The notes under the pieces were generated by a model, which saw nothing but the letters and a program-made list of their open reading frames with translations, was not told the DNA's origin and searched no databases. A stretch of DNA of 63,991 nucleotides, counting the filler, from Jimgerdemannia flammicorona (lineage: Eukaryota), in the NCBI GenBank assembly GCA_003990765.1. It is 3 parts of 3 records of this genome, joined end to end, with 100 filler letters (N's around TTAATTAATTAA, not from the genome) between each part and the next. Parts side by side here need not be neighbours in the genome. Positions count along the whole stretch, not along the records: positions 1 to 21,399 come from RBNJ01001462.1; 2 more parts are not named here. One strand, written 5' to 3'. The translations under genes and the position numbers were made by a program. Below, piece by piece: positions 1 through 12,663 of the stretch (position 1 is its first letter; every line of letters starts with the position of its first letter).

Positions 1-412
1 CTTTGCTCCTGAATTGCAATTTCAAATATTGGAGAGGATAAATCCTTTGCAGACGACTTAAATAGAACTGGGTATTGTAAGCAGTAGAGTAGCCTTGTTG
101 CTACGATCTGCTGAGATTAAGCCTCTTGTTCTAAAGATTTGTTCATTTTATATGAGCATTTTCTTTTTTCCTTCATGTCCGACGCGTTTGTATAGGGTGG
201 GCAGCGTCCCATTCCTTCCCTCCTTTCTCTTCGACCCGTTTGTATAGGGTGGGCAGTATGAAATCATCTGCTTTTGTTGCAATTATATGAAGGCAACTCC
301 GGAAATCACTGTACCTCTATAACTGAAATCTCCAATCCCTCCAAATCACCATCTCCTCGTAATCCACGCTCCCCTCTCACATCCTCACATCTTTGCCGAA
401 TCTGTCCCCCCC

Positions 413-1165
413 TCAACAACACCTCTTCTCGTTATACTCCTTGCACATATACTGGTCTCCACCGTCGTTCGGCACCGTCACAATGGCCATTGGGTGTTGC
501 CCGGCGCGTTGAAGTCGCCGCGTATAGACGAGACAAACCAAGTTCCGCGCCGCTGAGGAGATGACGAAGAGACCCTCGGTTTGGGGGAGTGATGGGACAT
601 TCATATGGTCTGTATGGTTTGATAAATTTGGAGTGTGAGATATATGAGGGACGAAGGTTGGATATAAAAAGCAGACAGGTACATAAAGGTTGGATACCAG
701 AAATGAAAACGCACCTTTGTCCTTGGAGAGTTTGAAGTTGGCGGTGAGGTGGTCGAAGCCAATTCCCTCATTCGTCATCGCAAGGCTTGAGCTCGCCATC
801 CTGCAAAAAAAAAAAAAAAGCCCTCAATTAATTAATGTATTGGTACAACAAGATCGGATCAACAGGTCGTGCTCCTTGAAGTAGATGCTGACGGCGGCGA
901 AGGTTCCTGAGATAAAGTGTTGATGTTAACATATGTATAATAATATTAGCATGCCCTTTCTCGCACACAGCCTCGAGTCCACTGCAACGTCATAACCCAC
1001 CCTCACTCACACTGTCTTATCAACATACCCAATCCCAAATATAAATACACCTTATGGGTGTCACTATATGTTGAGCAGAAACGACGGATTTCACCACCGA
1101 GTGGTGCGGCTACTCCTTTAGCTGCAAGAATGTTTGGCTTTGTCTTCGCATTGGTTTTTTTTTCC
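413..1165 (-). CDS. Putative spliced host gene, hypothetical protein (exons ~1165-1029, 906-864, 800-715, 609-~413; true start and end uncertain)
   Basis: Minus-strand GT..AG introns (donors GTATGT at 1028, GTTGAT at 863, GTGCGT at 714; acceptors ctcAG, T-rich gcAG, tacAG) join in frame: ...DTHKVYLYLGLGTFAAVSIYFKEHDLMASSSLAMTNEGIGFDHLTANFKLSKDKDHMNVPSLPQTEG...KEYNEKR. The region retains CpG, unlike the TE DNA. No family recognised. Confidence 0.45.
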
Positions 1166-1325
1166 CTATGTGGAGTTGAAATGAAGATAGAATGGTGTGT
1201 AAATAAGGTGATTAAACATTTCAACTGAACAAGAAGAATTTCGAGATCGTGAAGGAAACAAATCATACGCTCGCCACATTGTATAGTAACGTGAAAGCCA
1301 AAGAAATAAACCCACCATGGAGGAT

Positions 1326-1735
1326 AAGAAAACAATGCGAAAGCTTGAATAAGAAAACACTAAATATATAAGAAAACAAGAAAAAACTCATGCATATGAC
1401 AACAATGTGGTGTAGGAAAACAACGTGTGGGTAAGAAAACATTGCGTGCATAAGAAAACAATGTGTGGGAAAGAAAACAACTCGTGGGTAAAAAAATACT
1501 ACTTGCATAAGAAAACAATGAGTAAGAAAACACTACGTGTGTAAAACAATGCATGCATAAGAAAACAACGCATGGGTAAGAAAACAACGCGTTAGTTAAG
1601 ACAACAACGCGTTGGGTGAGAAAATAAAATAACGTGAGTTAGAAAATAAGAACATAATGCCTGTATAAGAAATGGGGTGTAAGAAGATACATGTGTAAAA
1701 GAATACATGCGGGAGAAAGCGACATGAAGAAGTGG
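1326..1735. repeat. Degenerate ~19-nt minisatellite (core TAAGAAAACAA plus variable tail such as CGTGTGGG or GCGTGCA)
   Basis: About 20 successive units starting TAAGAAAACA or close variants. Confidence 0.85.
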
Positions 1736-1739
1736 CTTT

Positions 1740-2600
1740 CCAAGTCGTAGCCATAAATGCCAGCCCCTGACTCAATTGCCCTAGGCCCCGCAAGAGTAGT
1801 TTCCGGTCCTTGGGTGGTTTGGACCGGCGGGTTAATCCGGCCAGCACCATAAGGATCGGGCCTCCCTTAAGCTAGAAAGCAAAGCTAACCATGAACCCAA
1901 TGAGCCACGCATAACTCATTAGCCACGACTTCATGCAATTTTCCGTCAAGCCACCAAGAACCAGGTAGTGACGTCAATCGTGAGATTTCCAACCAAATAC
2001 GTAACCAGATAGCAACCACAACTGTATAAAATACCTCAGAGACAAGAGTGAATAAATCTCAGTCCAAAAAGTTCAAAAAGCAAAAGATAAGTCTGCCTAC
2101 CACACTTTAAGAGGAACTCTACCATCACTGCTAGGAAATTGTGAGCTTACTTTCCCCACTCTGGTCCACTTTCCAATACAAAGAATGAGTCCGTTTTTCA
2201 AGAGAAGTCTGTTTTTGGTTCGCTTACCAGATAAGCCTGAAGAATCCGAGAAATCTGCCAAGTTCAAGTGAAGAACTTCGCCACCGTTTTTAAGAGAAAT
2301 CCGCCATTCCCAAAGAACCCATAGGAAACTCGCAACTTTGCAGTGGAGCCCGTCTATGTAACCCTGTGCAAACGAAGCCAGTCTTTGATGTAACTTACCA
2401 AGAATCCGCCATCCGAGTTCTCCAAGTCACTTGAGCTATCCACGACATCCGAGTTAGCTGCGTTATCCACCATTTTCGAGTTATCTGAGTCATCCAAGCT
2501 ATGTATCCGAGTCATCAAGTTTTCTGATATTCCCAGAAGTCCGCTGATTCAGGAAAATCTGTGCCAAAACCGAGTTATCCGAATTGACTGCCAAATCCAT
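1740..2600 (+). other. CpG-retaining LTR-like or promoter-like block, unassigned
   Basis: GTATAAAATACC (~2023) followed by GAATAAA (~2050), the same arrangement as in the gypsy LTRs in this window; repeated TCCGAGT(T/C) motifs at 2411-2585. No TG..CA termini or second copy found. Confidence 0.3.
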
Positions 2601-3279
2601 CTTCTAGAATATAAATCTAAAATTTACTATTTCACTATATCTTCTCAGGATTTTAGTAATTATCTTTTTTATCTTTTATCTCTATAATATATCTTTCATA
2701 ATTAATTTTACTAATCTCAGATCTTATTATAAATACTTGACTATCTCTATCTTAATACTTTAATAAGTAATTCTTTATCTAGTACTACTACTATCTTCTC
2801 CTTCTTTATAAAACCTATTTCTATTATCTTTTATTATAACTTAGTTAGAATATAGAGTGGAGAAAGGAAGGAATGTTGTTTTTATTAATTACTTATATAT
2901 TTATATATTTAGTAATATATATAGAATGATATAATTCTAAGAATTATATATCTAAGCCACATTATCAAGATGTCAAAATAATAATAAAATAAGATGCAAT
3001 ATAAGAATATAATATAAGCAGAAATATAATATAATAAAACCAAGTAATAATTATAAAATAACTGCAAATATATAAAAAGAATACTATCTATCTATACTTA
3101 AAGTATAAGAAATTATAGTGAAAATGGAGGATATAGATAGATTTCAGTAGTAGAAAATCTTAAATATAGAAGAAGAAAAAGAAAAAAAAGAGAGAAATGT
3201 AGAAATATATATTATATTATTTTTCTACTTTCTTTTCATTACAAATATCCTGTAATTATCTATTACTAGTATATAGTTT

Positions 3280-3628
3280 ACTATAATTTTATTTCTTCAG
3301 TATATTGCTTAAATTTTTATCCTAGAAGAGCTTTGGTAAGCAAATCTATAATTATATACTCTATAGAGATATATTTTAAGTAGATAGTTCTATTTATTAT
3401 ATATTCTCTTATATATTAATATTATATATCAATGTATTTAGTTCTGCTATAATAAATAGAATTCTTAACTGTAGTAATTATAGATTAATTATTCTGATAA
3501 ATAAGTATAGAGTACTCTTTATTAAAGCTAAGTTCCTTTAATAGCTGATATAGTCAAATGACTTTCTTTATTACTATAAATAATACTTGATACTCTACTT
3601 TTATAAAATACATTACTACTGAACTCTA
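3280..3628 (-). pseudogene. Ty1/copia pol C-terminus (RNase H), heavily decayed
   Basis: Minus strand reads ...VEYQ...QLL.EL...IYQNN*SI..KNSIYYSRTKYIDI*Y*YIRE...DLLTKAL, matching copia RNase H motifs EAEY / DNQSAI / HSRTKHIDVRYH / ADLLTKAL. Confidence 0.8.
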
Positions 3629-4492
3629 TTTTTTTTTTATTTTTTTTTATTTTTTTTTTAGTATTACTTAGATTTTTATATTTATTATCAGTCTATACTA
3701 ATAATATATAAAACCCAACTCCTACTCAATCCTCCAAGAAGACTCACCTTCAACTTTCTCTCTCTTAAATACTATAACCCTATTATCTATTGCTATCTAT
3801 CTCCTACTCTACTTATATATAGTCTCTACTATGTAATAATAGTAATTACTCTAGAGACCCCACCCCTTCTATTACTCTGACAGAATATCTCTTATCAACT
3901 ATTCCCATATAGCTAAGTACTCCTCCAAACCTATCTATCTCCTATTCTTAAAAATATATAACCAATGTCTAGTTAGCTCTATCTATATAGTCAATATCTA
4001 CTCTACTATAAATTACTCATTATTAACACAACTAATCAAATAAGTTCTCAAGTTCTCCCATTGATCCCTCTCTCTGACCACTCTCCTTCCCACTCTCAGA
4101 TAAGAGTCAACTATCTCTTAGAAGTCCTCAAGTATCTTATATTTACTTAGCTAATATTCAGGTATTTATATAAATCTCTCCTTCTGTCTTATATTATAAT
4201 ACTTCTTATAATTAAAGGAGCTCCCATTTACCAAATAGCCAGAGTGAAAGTTTAATATAATATTTTATCTCAATATATACCACTATACTACTCAGAACTT
4301 TAGAGACAACTACTATTATTTTGAGATACTCTATAACTAAATACTGATCTAATCTCATATCTCAACAATATCTACCAACTATTAGAAAATGGGTCACAGA
4401 TCCTGACCCAGATCATATTGACATTCCACACTATTGTCAATATTAAAGTCTAATAGTGGAATACTACACAATAGTAGCCTGTCTTATCTCTA

Positions 4493-5709
4493 TTTTTTTT
4501 TTTATTTTTTTTTTTTTAATAGACTCATATGTAGTCCTGCAGATTTTTATTAGAAGAGAACCTAGACTATGTAGGTCAAAACCCTCCCCCACCATCTACT
4601 GAACAATATTCCCCCATTAACCTAGGCTACTAAATTGTTCAGCAGTCTCACTGCTCCAGCTATGTCTGTCAAACACTGACTACATTGATCCCCATAATAT
4701 AGACTAGACTTGTCTGCTCACTAGGGCTGGATCATTGTTTATACATGAGAGCACACCTATACATCAGATCTAGCAGTACTAGGACTAAATAAAGAATAGC
4801 TCCCTGAACTCCAAAAGAAAGCCCGAGGCAAAGAAAAAACCCCCCAACTAACCAATAGAGAGCAAAATAGATTCAGAGTAGGTAAGTAAAGGACTTATAT
4901 GCAGAACCTTCCACAAAGGATTTATACATGGACTAGGGCCAGAAGAGACCCCACTCCTACTCCCTGAGCCTGCAGGCTTCGATCACATTGCCATGTCAGC
5001 TCCTGGTTTCAGTCAGGTACTGCCAAATAAGGAAGGCCCTACTTTTTAAGCCTGTGGGCCTCAATCACATTACTGCATCAGCTCCCAGTTCCAGTTGGAT
5101 ACAGCCAGGATGCCAGCCCCTGCACTACCCCACCCTCTACCAGCCAATTGAAAGGCCCTACCAAAATATTGTCTGCTCCAGCCCTGATGACTGCCCCCAG
5201 CCTGGCATTCCACTGATTCACTATTATTGCTCTTCCTCTTATCTGTGATGGCCATCTCCCCTCCCATTCCAACAACACCTGAAAAACAGTCACCTATACC
5301 AGAACTATGCTTGCCAGGAAGCTTGTCAAAGCCAGAGGGCCTCACTACAGGTACCAAGGACCTGCAGGTAACCTATACTGAGCACTTGACACCCAAGGTT
5401 GGCCAACTTTCTATATAACCTGTGATATACTGAGATAACTCCTTGTTGGCAATGGCAAAGGAAGAAGGTACTACACTAAAATGAGTATACCCCAGATATA
5501 GCTGAAGGTACCAGAACCCACAAAAAAGTGGAGAAAGCACCAATCTGATACCAATAAAGGGGCAACTTATCACCATTACCCTCCTCTCACCATGCCCATA
5601 CAGGTACAGCAAACCAACCCAAGGTAGAGGGGGTAATAATAGGGAAAAGGGGACTCAGAAGATTGCCTACCAAATCTTGTGACTGGTAAGATAGCAGAGA
5701 AAGGAGCTG
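4493..5709 (-). mobile_element. ~1.2-kb non-autonomous poly(A) retroposon (SINE-like), copy 1
   Basis: Poly(A) at 4493-4517; 16-bp TSD GCCTGTCTTA(T/A)CTCTA at 4477-4492 / 5710-5725; homologous to 12664-13835 with the same 5' end. Confidence 0.9.
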
Positions 5710-5946
5710 GCCTGTCTTAACTCTACATTACTAGTCCCTACTGTATCTCCTCTTCATCACTCTACTAGTGCAACCTAATAAAATATATATCCTCTACCAC
5801 CTCCTATCAAAATTTCTTGGTCTCAGTTACCAACTACTGCTCAGTCTTATCAATAACAATAGATCACTAGTGAAGTCTCTGGAAGAGAACCTCAGATTTT
5901 CTATATTAGAGATATCTACTCTCCACTACTTAGCTTCACAGCCCTC

Positions 5947-8900
5947 TTTTTTTTTTTTTTTTTTTTTATAGTTACTTGGACTCTACCTTTATTACCAGTC
6001 TATGAATAAGTATACATTATCACCACCCACTACCTAATCCCCATAGGGGAGCCCCTCTCTACCTCCTCACGAATAAAGATCACCCTCTCACTAACTACTT
6101 CAACTCTTTCTCCACTCTGTCTACAGATTTTCTCCACCAAGCAGTACCTCTGACCACCCTGCAACCCCCAGCCAAGCCACTAGCCTGTCAAGGTGTCTTC
6201 CATAAGACTATGCCACTGTAGCAACCGATCCCCCAAGCTCTGTTGCCTTCTATCCTCAAAAACAAATAGCCAGTGACTGGCCAGCCCCACCCAAATGGCC
6301 AAAGCTTAGTCTAAGGTAAGCCACTCCTTTCCTACCACCTCTACCAATTGATCTCTCAAGTTCTCCCACTGCCCCCATACTTTATCTCCCCTATACCTTA
6401 TCTCTAAGTAATCTCCAATGGTCTGCCAAAAGACCTCCAGCACCTCATACTCTCCTAGCCAATGTTCTGGTATCTGTACATAACCCCCTTTCTGCCCTAC
6501 ATTATGGCACTTCTTATAGTCGAAGCAACCCCCTATGGTAAGGTGACCTGAGCAGAAGTTGAGCATTACATTTCTTCTCAGCATGTGCTACCAGATCACC
6601 CAGTACTTTGGCAGTATCCACTTTCTCACTGTAACACTCCAGGTCCAAACACTATACTAGTTCCACTCTTCTCCAATTCTAACTTCTTGCCAACCACTAG
6701 GCCACAGATTCTGGCCCAGTCCCCTTTGATATTCCATTCCATCACCAATATCAAACTCAATTAAAGGAATGCCACCCAGCAGTATATGATCCCATCTCCA
6801 CATTGCTGGGTCCCAAGCCACCTCCACTTTATTCCCCTACTAATGAATTCCAATATGGTGCACCCCCTCCACTATCCCCCACCAGAATCCTTTATATTGC
6901 AATTGTTCAGTATTCTGAAGTCCAATCAATATAAGGAGATCATCAGTCAAGTCTCTTGGTGATGACCACCTCTCCCAGATCTTCTGCAGTAGGGGAACCC
7001 AACCACCTCCTCTCAACTCCACCACTCTCTTTAGCCACTATGCTCTCAAGCAGTATAGCCATTTTGAAAAGTCAACCAGCCCAAGACCACCTCTTGCCAC
7101 TGGTAAGAACAAGGTCTCCCAACTGATCTGACTCCATCTGCCAGCTCAGATCCATCTCTTTGCCAACTTCATCAATCTCTTCACCACCCAGATTGGGAAG
7201 TCCAGATGATAAGCCAGATACCATAACTTCAGTAGCCAATAGACATTCAAAATTAAGACATGCCCCATTAGAGAAAAGTGTCTTCCCTCCCAACCCCACA
7301 GGGCCTCCTCCCAGATTCCAATTCTCTGCTCCCATCAAAGCCTGGGCAGAACTGACCCATAGACTGACAAATAGATACCCAAGTACCACAATGTCTCATC
7401 AGTGGGGATAATTGTTCCTATAATCTCTCCTCCTACCAGACTATTGTCTAGCACTATTGTTTCACACTTATGCCAATTAAGCTTAGCCCCAGAGTTCTCC
7501 TCATATCACTCCACTGTCTTTTTGAGCTCCTCGACATCAGTAATTGATCCTAAGCCAACCACCATGTCATCCGCAAAGGCCCCAACTTTTCACCCAATTT
7601 CAAAGACAGAGAGCCCCACTATCCTCCACCTAATTCTGTCCATTAGGGGTTCCAGGGAAAGAGCATACAAAATGGGGGACAGTGGGTCCCCCTGGGGCAC
7701 CCCCCTACCCAGGGGGAATACTACCCCTCTATGTCTATTACACATGAGTATAGCCCTGCTTCCTTTCAGTAGGCTGACCATTGCTGACTGAAATTGGTGC
7801 AGAACCCCAGTTCTATCCAATACTTTCACCAGCCAGACTCATCACACCCAGTCATAAGCCTTCTCCTGGTCTAAGAAGACTAGATACCCATTCAGTCCAC
7901 AGGCCCTTGCCCCTTCAATAACTCCATATACCCAGGCTATGCCATCCCTAATGAGCCAACCACCCACAAATCCCCTCTGCTCAACACTCATGACTTGCTA
8001 GGCTACCTTCTGTAGCCTTGCAACCATCACCTTAGTCACCAATTTTCTGTCCATATCTAGTAACATTATTAGCTACCAGTTCTTCCAATCCTCTTGCCTT
8101 CCTTTGTTCTTATAAAGCAGCATCACCAGCCCAAGATTCTGCTCCCCCACCCATCTCCCTATCTGTAGGATAAAGTCATACAATGTCGTCATCTCTCTCA
8201 TCACACCTGGGACTCCCACCATTCACTTCCAGAAGTCCCAGAACAGACCATCCTCTCTAGGTACTGTATCTGGTGTTATCGTAGCAAGAACCTGGTGGAT
8301 CTCATCCTTCTGTACAGGCATCATCAAGTCACCTAGCCCCTCTACTTGTGGTGGGTGCCAATCCTCCAATATTTGGTCAATGGCAGCAGTATCCACCCTG
8401 CCCTCCTTCTTACTCTATAATCCACTCCATCACTCCTTCAATGATCCAAGAATGTCCTGTATACCATGCACTAGTATACCATCAGAGTCAAGTACCTCTT
8501 CCCACCATTGCTATACTCTTCTTGCCCAAAGAGCCCTCATAAGAAACTTGGAAGGCCTCTCCCCTTTCTCTAGATCCTGCCAATGAAGCCATACTGCCAA
8601 GCTTTGTACCCTTGCCTCTTCCTCTTTCTGCAGCACCTGTTGTAGTTCTCCAACCTTCATCTTCACTCTCATTAATCTCCAATCTTTTTCCCCCTCCAAT
8701 ATCACCAGCCTTGCCCACTCCTCCAGGAGCCTAGCCAATCTAGTAGAAGTCCAACACACTCTTCACCTTCTCTGCTTCCCTGCCTCCTTGCCCACCTCAC
8801 TCTAGTAAATCTTGGCCATCTCTTTCATCCTCATCCACTGAACCCCAACTGAGACACCTTCCTGCCACCAGTTCTCCACCCTCAGCTGAATGTCCTTAGC

Positions 8901-11828
8901 CCACTCATCCCACCAGGTCTTGTCATCTAACAAAGAGGAATTTAGGCACCAATGTCCAGGCCCCTCCCCACTCCCCCCAAAGCACCCCTGTCCCAAAAGC
9001 CCCCAGTGATCCGACCATGGACACCATTCCACCTCCAGTGACTTCCAAACATCTAGGCCCCAGCAACTGGCTGTCAGAATCCAGTTAATCCTTGTCTCCA
9101 GGCCCCCTGCCCAATGTGTATAAACCCTCCTATCCCCCCAGCACTCCCTACCAGCATCTATCAGTGCACTTAGTCTTTCTACTTCCTCCCACACTACCAG
9201 CCCTCCACTCCTGCTCTCAGTACCCTGTCCTCTATCTGTTCTATCCATCAGTATATCCCGAACCATATTAAAATCTCCCCCAAGCATATCCACCCTAGTC
9301 TCTGCAAGGATCCCACTCTCCTGGAGACCCTTTACCCAATCTACATGCTCACCCCATATAGCAGGGCAGTAACAGGAGCCAACTATAACTGGCTCCCAGC
9401 CTGCATGAATCTACTCACCCCAGACCAGTCTCTCCCCCCAGCTCCTCATATCCCTTATCTCCCCTCTGCTTTTCCAAACCAGAATCCCAACCTTGCCCTT
9501 CCAAATTGCTACACCTCCCCATTCCTTTGTTCATTCCATTCTATCAGAATCATCCTCACACCTGACATTCTGCAAGAAGAAGAGATTGGCCTCCAATTCC
9601 TTCATCTAAGTAAAAATGTTCCTATGTCTAGTAGTGTCCCATAACTTATTCACATTCAAAGAAAAAATGTTGGTTGTACTGTTCATAATGAAATATGTAT
9701 GTTATCAATTGATCTTTACTGCTCTATATTCATCTCCTCCTGTACTATGTCTAGATTATATTCTGCAGTCATCTCCTCCTCTTCAGCCCTCTGAGCCTTC
9801 AAACCAGCTAGCAGGTTGTTTATCTCTCTATCTGCCTTCTCCTCGAACTCCTTCCAGTACTCTAGGCAGGCCTCCTGCCAGAGCTGCAATCCATGATGCT
9901 TATTCCAGCAGTATTCAGCCCTCTTCTCAGTGACAACTACCATCTCTGCCTCCCACTCCTTATCCACCTCATACTCTTCCTCCTCTAGATATACTGCAAG
10001 AATTTCTGCCTTCAATGCCTTCATCACTCCATCCTCCTGCAGTATCTATGCCCAATGCTCATTACCCATCACTCTTAAGTCCACCTCCCCCAACTCTTCC
10101 GCTGCTAGGTTATTCATTATCCAGCATATCCAAAGTAGGTTTCCCACCTCCTTTCTACCAGGAGTCGCTGGCCTCCCTCCATCCAGTATTGTGGTATCAG
10201 CCCCAGTGCTTGCAGACTCATCCCATATCTCTGGAACATCCACCAGTTCCTCCTCTCTAGCCACCACCACTTGTCCTCCATTTGCCACCTCCAGAACTCC
10301 AAATTTTACCCTCTGGGCCTCCTACATTGGCACATCCTCCACCACCCTGTTTCAGGAAGCTGGGCCTCACCTGATAAGAGGGGTAGGGGTAGGGGAGTCC
10401 TCCCAGTCTACCTCCCAAACCTCCAGTGTACCATCAGTATATGGACCATTACCAGTCACCTCCTTATCCTTCCCTGTCTCCTTCTGGCCTTCCCACCCCC
10501 CTAACCAGCCCAGACACTTGCTTTGGCCCCCCCTGTACCCTTCATCTTGCTTGCATCCTCCAGTGGTCTGCCTTCCAGCTTAGCCAGCAGCTCCTTCTAT
10601 CTCTTATACTCCTGAGCCCTTTCCTACTACTCCTTATCCACTTGAATCTGCTTTCCATCCACTACCTCCAAGTATGTCAACTCCACAAAAGCCTTCCAAG
10701 CCTTCACTCACCACTCTACAGTACTACTCAACTCTTTTAGTGCTTCTAATAAATCCTCCTCCTCCTCCTTACTTCTCTTCACTCTTGTTATCTTGCACAA
10801 GATCGCTCTCCAGACTATCACTGAAGGCCAGTCCCTCACCTTCTCAGTAGCTTCTTTTCCAGCTAGTCAGATTCTCACATCCACATCATCAGTCCTAAGT
10901 GAGATCCCTTCCCAGACCCTGAATCTGATATCCACCACCCCTCCATATTCTGCCATGACTTCCTCAACTCTCCTTCTTGTCTCCACCACCATCACCATGG
11001 GCACTCCTTTCACCAGCAGTTGGACCACCCTGAGATCCTATTTCAGGCAATGCACCATCAGAACGCACACCTCCCCAACTACCAATCTAACCTTCAGTGC
11101 CTCCTCTAGTGGCTCAGCCTCCTCAAAACCCACCTCCACTCCCTCCAGTCTCTTCAAAAACTTCACTGACATGGCTCCTGCTACCTACTTAGTGATAAGC
11201 CCCAGCACCATTTTTACCATCACTGCTAAGCCCTGGAAGCACAGTGTAACTGTAAATGCCAGATGTAATGGGGCCACTGCCAGGCCTGTCATGCTATCTG
11301 CCAAATCCCCTTGTCTTCCAAGCCTCAACCACTCAGCCTCACCATCAGCCATCACATCTGGATTTTTTTCCAGATTGGCAGTCCCATCACCATCAGTAGT
11401 CACACTCCCCCCAGTCACTACTCCCCAGCTCCACTGCCTCCCCTTCCAAGGGCTACTCCCCCACATACTGCCACCTTCTCGATCTCCTTGCCCTTCCTCA
11501 GCCAGCCCTCTAGCCCTGATGCCTGCTGTCTCCCCTTCACCATCTCTGCAAAGCTCACCCTCTCAGACCCTTGGTCTCCACCACTACCTCCACCCCTTCC
11601 ATGTCCACCTGCCAGCAGCCCCCTCATGCCCCCCCCCCAGGCCTGAGCCTCTCCCCACCTACTGCCAGTTGAAAGCACTTGAGCCACTCTGCTCAGTACA
11701 CACCTCAGATTGCCTGTTAGTCACTATGTTGTTAGTCTCTTTTCTCCAAAAATGATGTTATAAGTACTTTCCAAAGGTTATGTAACCTGAATAGTACCAG
11801 AGAAAGGTGATTGCAGTATCTATTCATT
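5947..11828 (-). mobile_element. L1/Tx1-like LINE copy B (full-length, decayed), nested in copy A
   Basis: Poly(A) at 5947-5968; TSD GCTT(C/T)ACAGCCCTC at 5933-5946 / 11829-11842; ORF1 ~11725-9716; ORF2 from 9686 (MNSTTNIFSLNV, GGDFN, WSDHW, GVPQGDPLSPILY, FADD, C-terminal CCHC). Confidence 0.92.
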
Positions 11829-12663
11829 GCTTTACAGCCCTCTTTAGTCACTAAGTATAAAGGCAATATAACTACTTTAAAAAGTCCACCAGCTCCAGTC
11901 ATCTCCTCTATATAGATATTACTAAGATCTTCTAACTTATCTGACTATGCTTCCTAACCCAGATCTAGTCCTTTACTAACTTCTACAATTTCTTCACCAC
12001 CTAGACTGAAAAATCCAGATAGTATATCAGATATTATAACTTTAGCAGCCAATCCAGCTAGTGAGATATGGTGTCCACCTTAGCTCTAAAGAACCCCCCC
12101 CCCTAAGTATCCACCCTCTGCTTCTATCAGATCTTCAGTAATACTGATCTATATACTGATAAAAAGATATCCAGATAGTCTATCACCTCCTTTTCTGAGA
12201 CAATAGTCCCCACTATATCTTCTCTAATTAAGCCATTCTTAAGTACCATTATCTCACACTTGTACCAGTTGTGCTTAGTATCAGAGTACTCTTCATATCA
12301 ATTCACTACTGCTCTCAGCTTACTAATATTACTGACAGAATCAAGTTCAATTACTATATCATCCACAAAGACCCCCCATCTTCTAGTTAACACTGAGGAT
12401 ATAAAGCCCAGAGACCTTATGACAAATTCTGTCCATTAATAGCTCTAATGATAAAGTATAAAGAATTGATAATAGAGGGTCTTTCTAAGAAACCCTATGC
12501 TTCAATCTAAACAAAATAGCATAATATTCATTATATATAATAGCTGCCCTACTGCCCTCTAATAGTCTGATTATTATACTGAAATGATGAGAGATGTCTA
12601 TTCTTTCCAACATCTTTTTCAACTAGACATACATACTACACCTGGTCATAAGCCTTCTCTTGA

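Noticed and set aside
185..256. 20-bp direct repeat CGTTTGTATAGGGTGGGCAG separated by 32 bp (CRISPR-like spacing)
   Set aside because: Only two units, no cas genes and a eukaryotic context; best explained as a local duplication.
1326..1735. Repeat-spacer appearance suggesting a CRISPR array
   Set aside because: The variable parts are only 8-9 nt and resemble each other; it is a minisatellite.
9930..11755. Long Ser/Thr/Pro-rich ORFs (also 37462-38499, 46387-46980, 47299-48213, 51977-52522)
   Set aside because: Antisense shadows of the G-rich LINE ORF1; no independent coding evidence.
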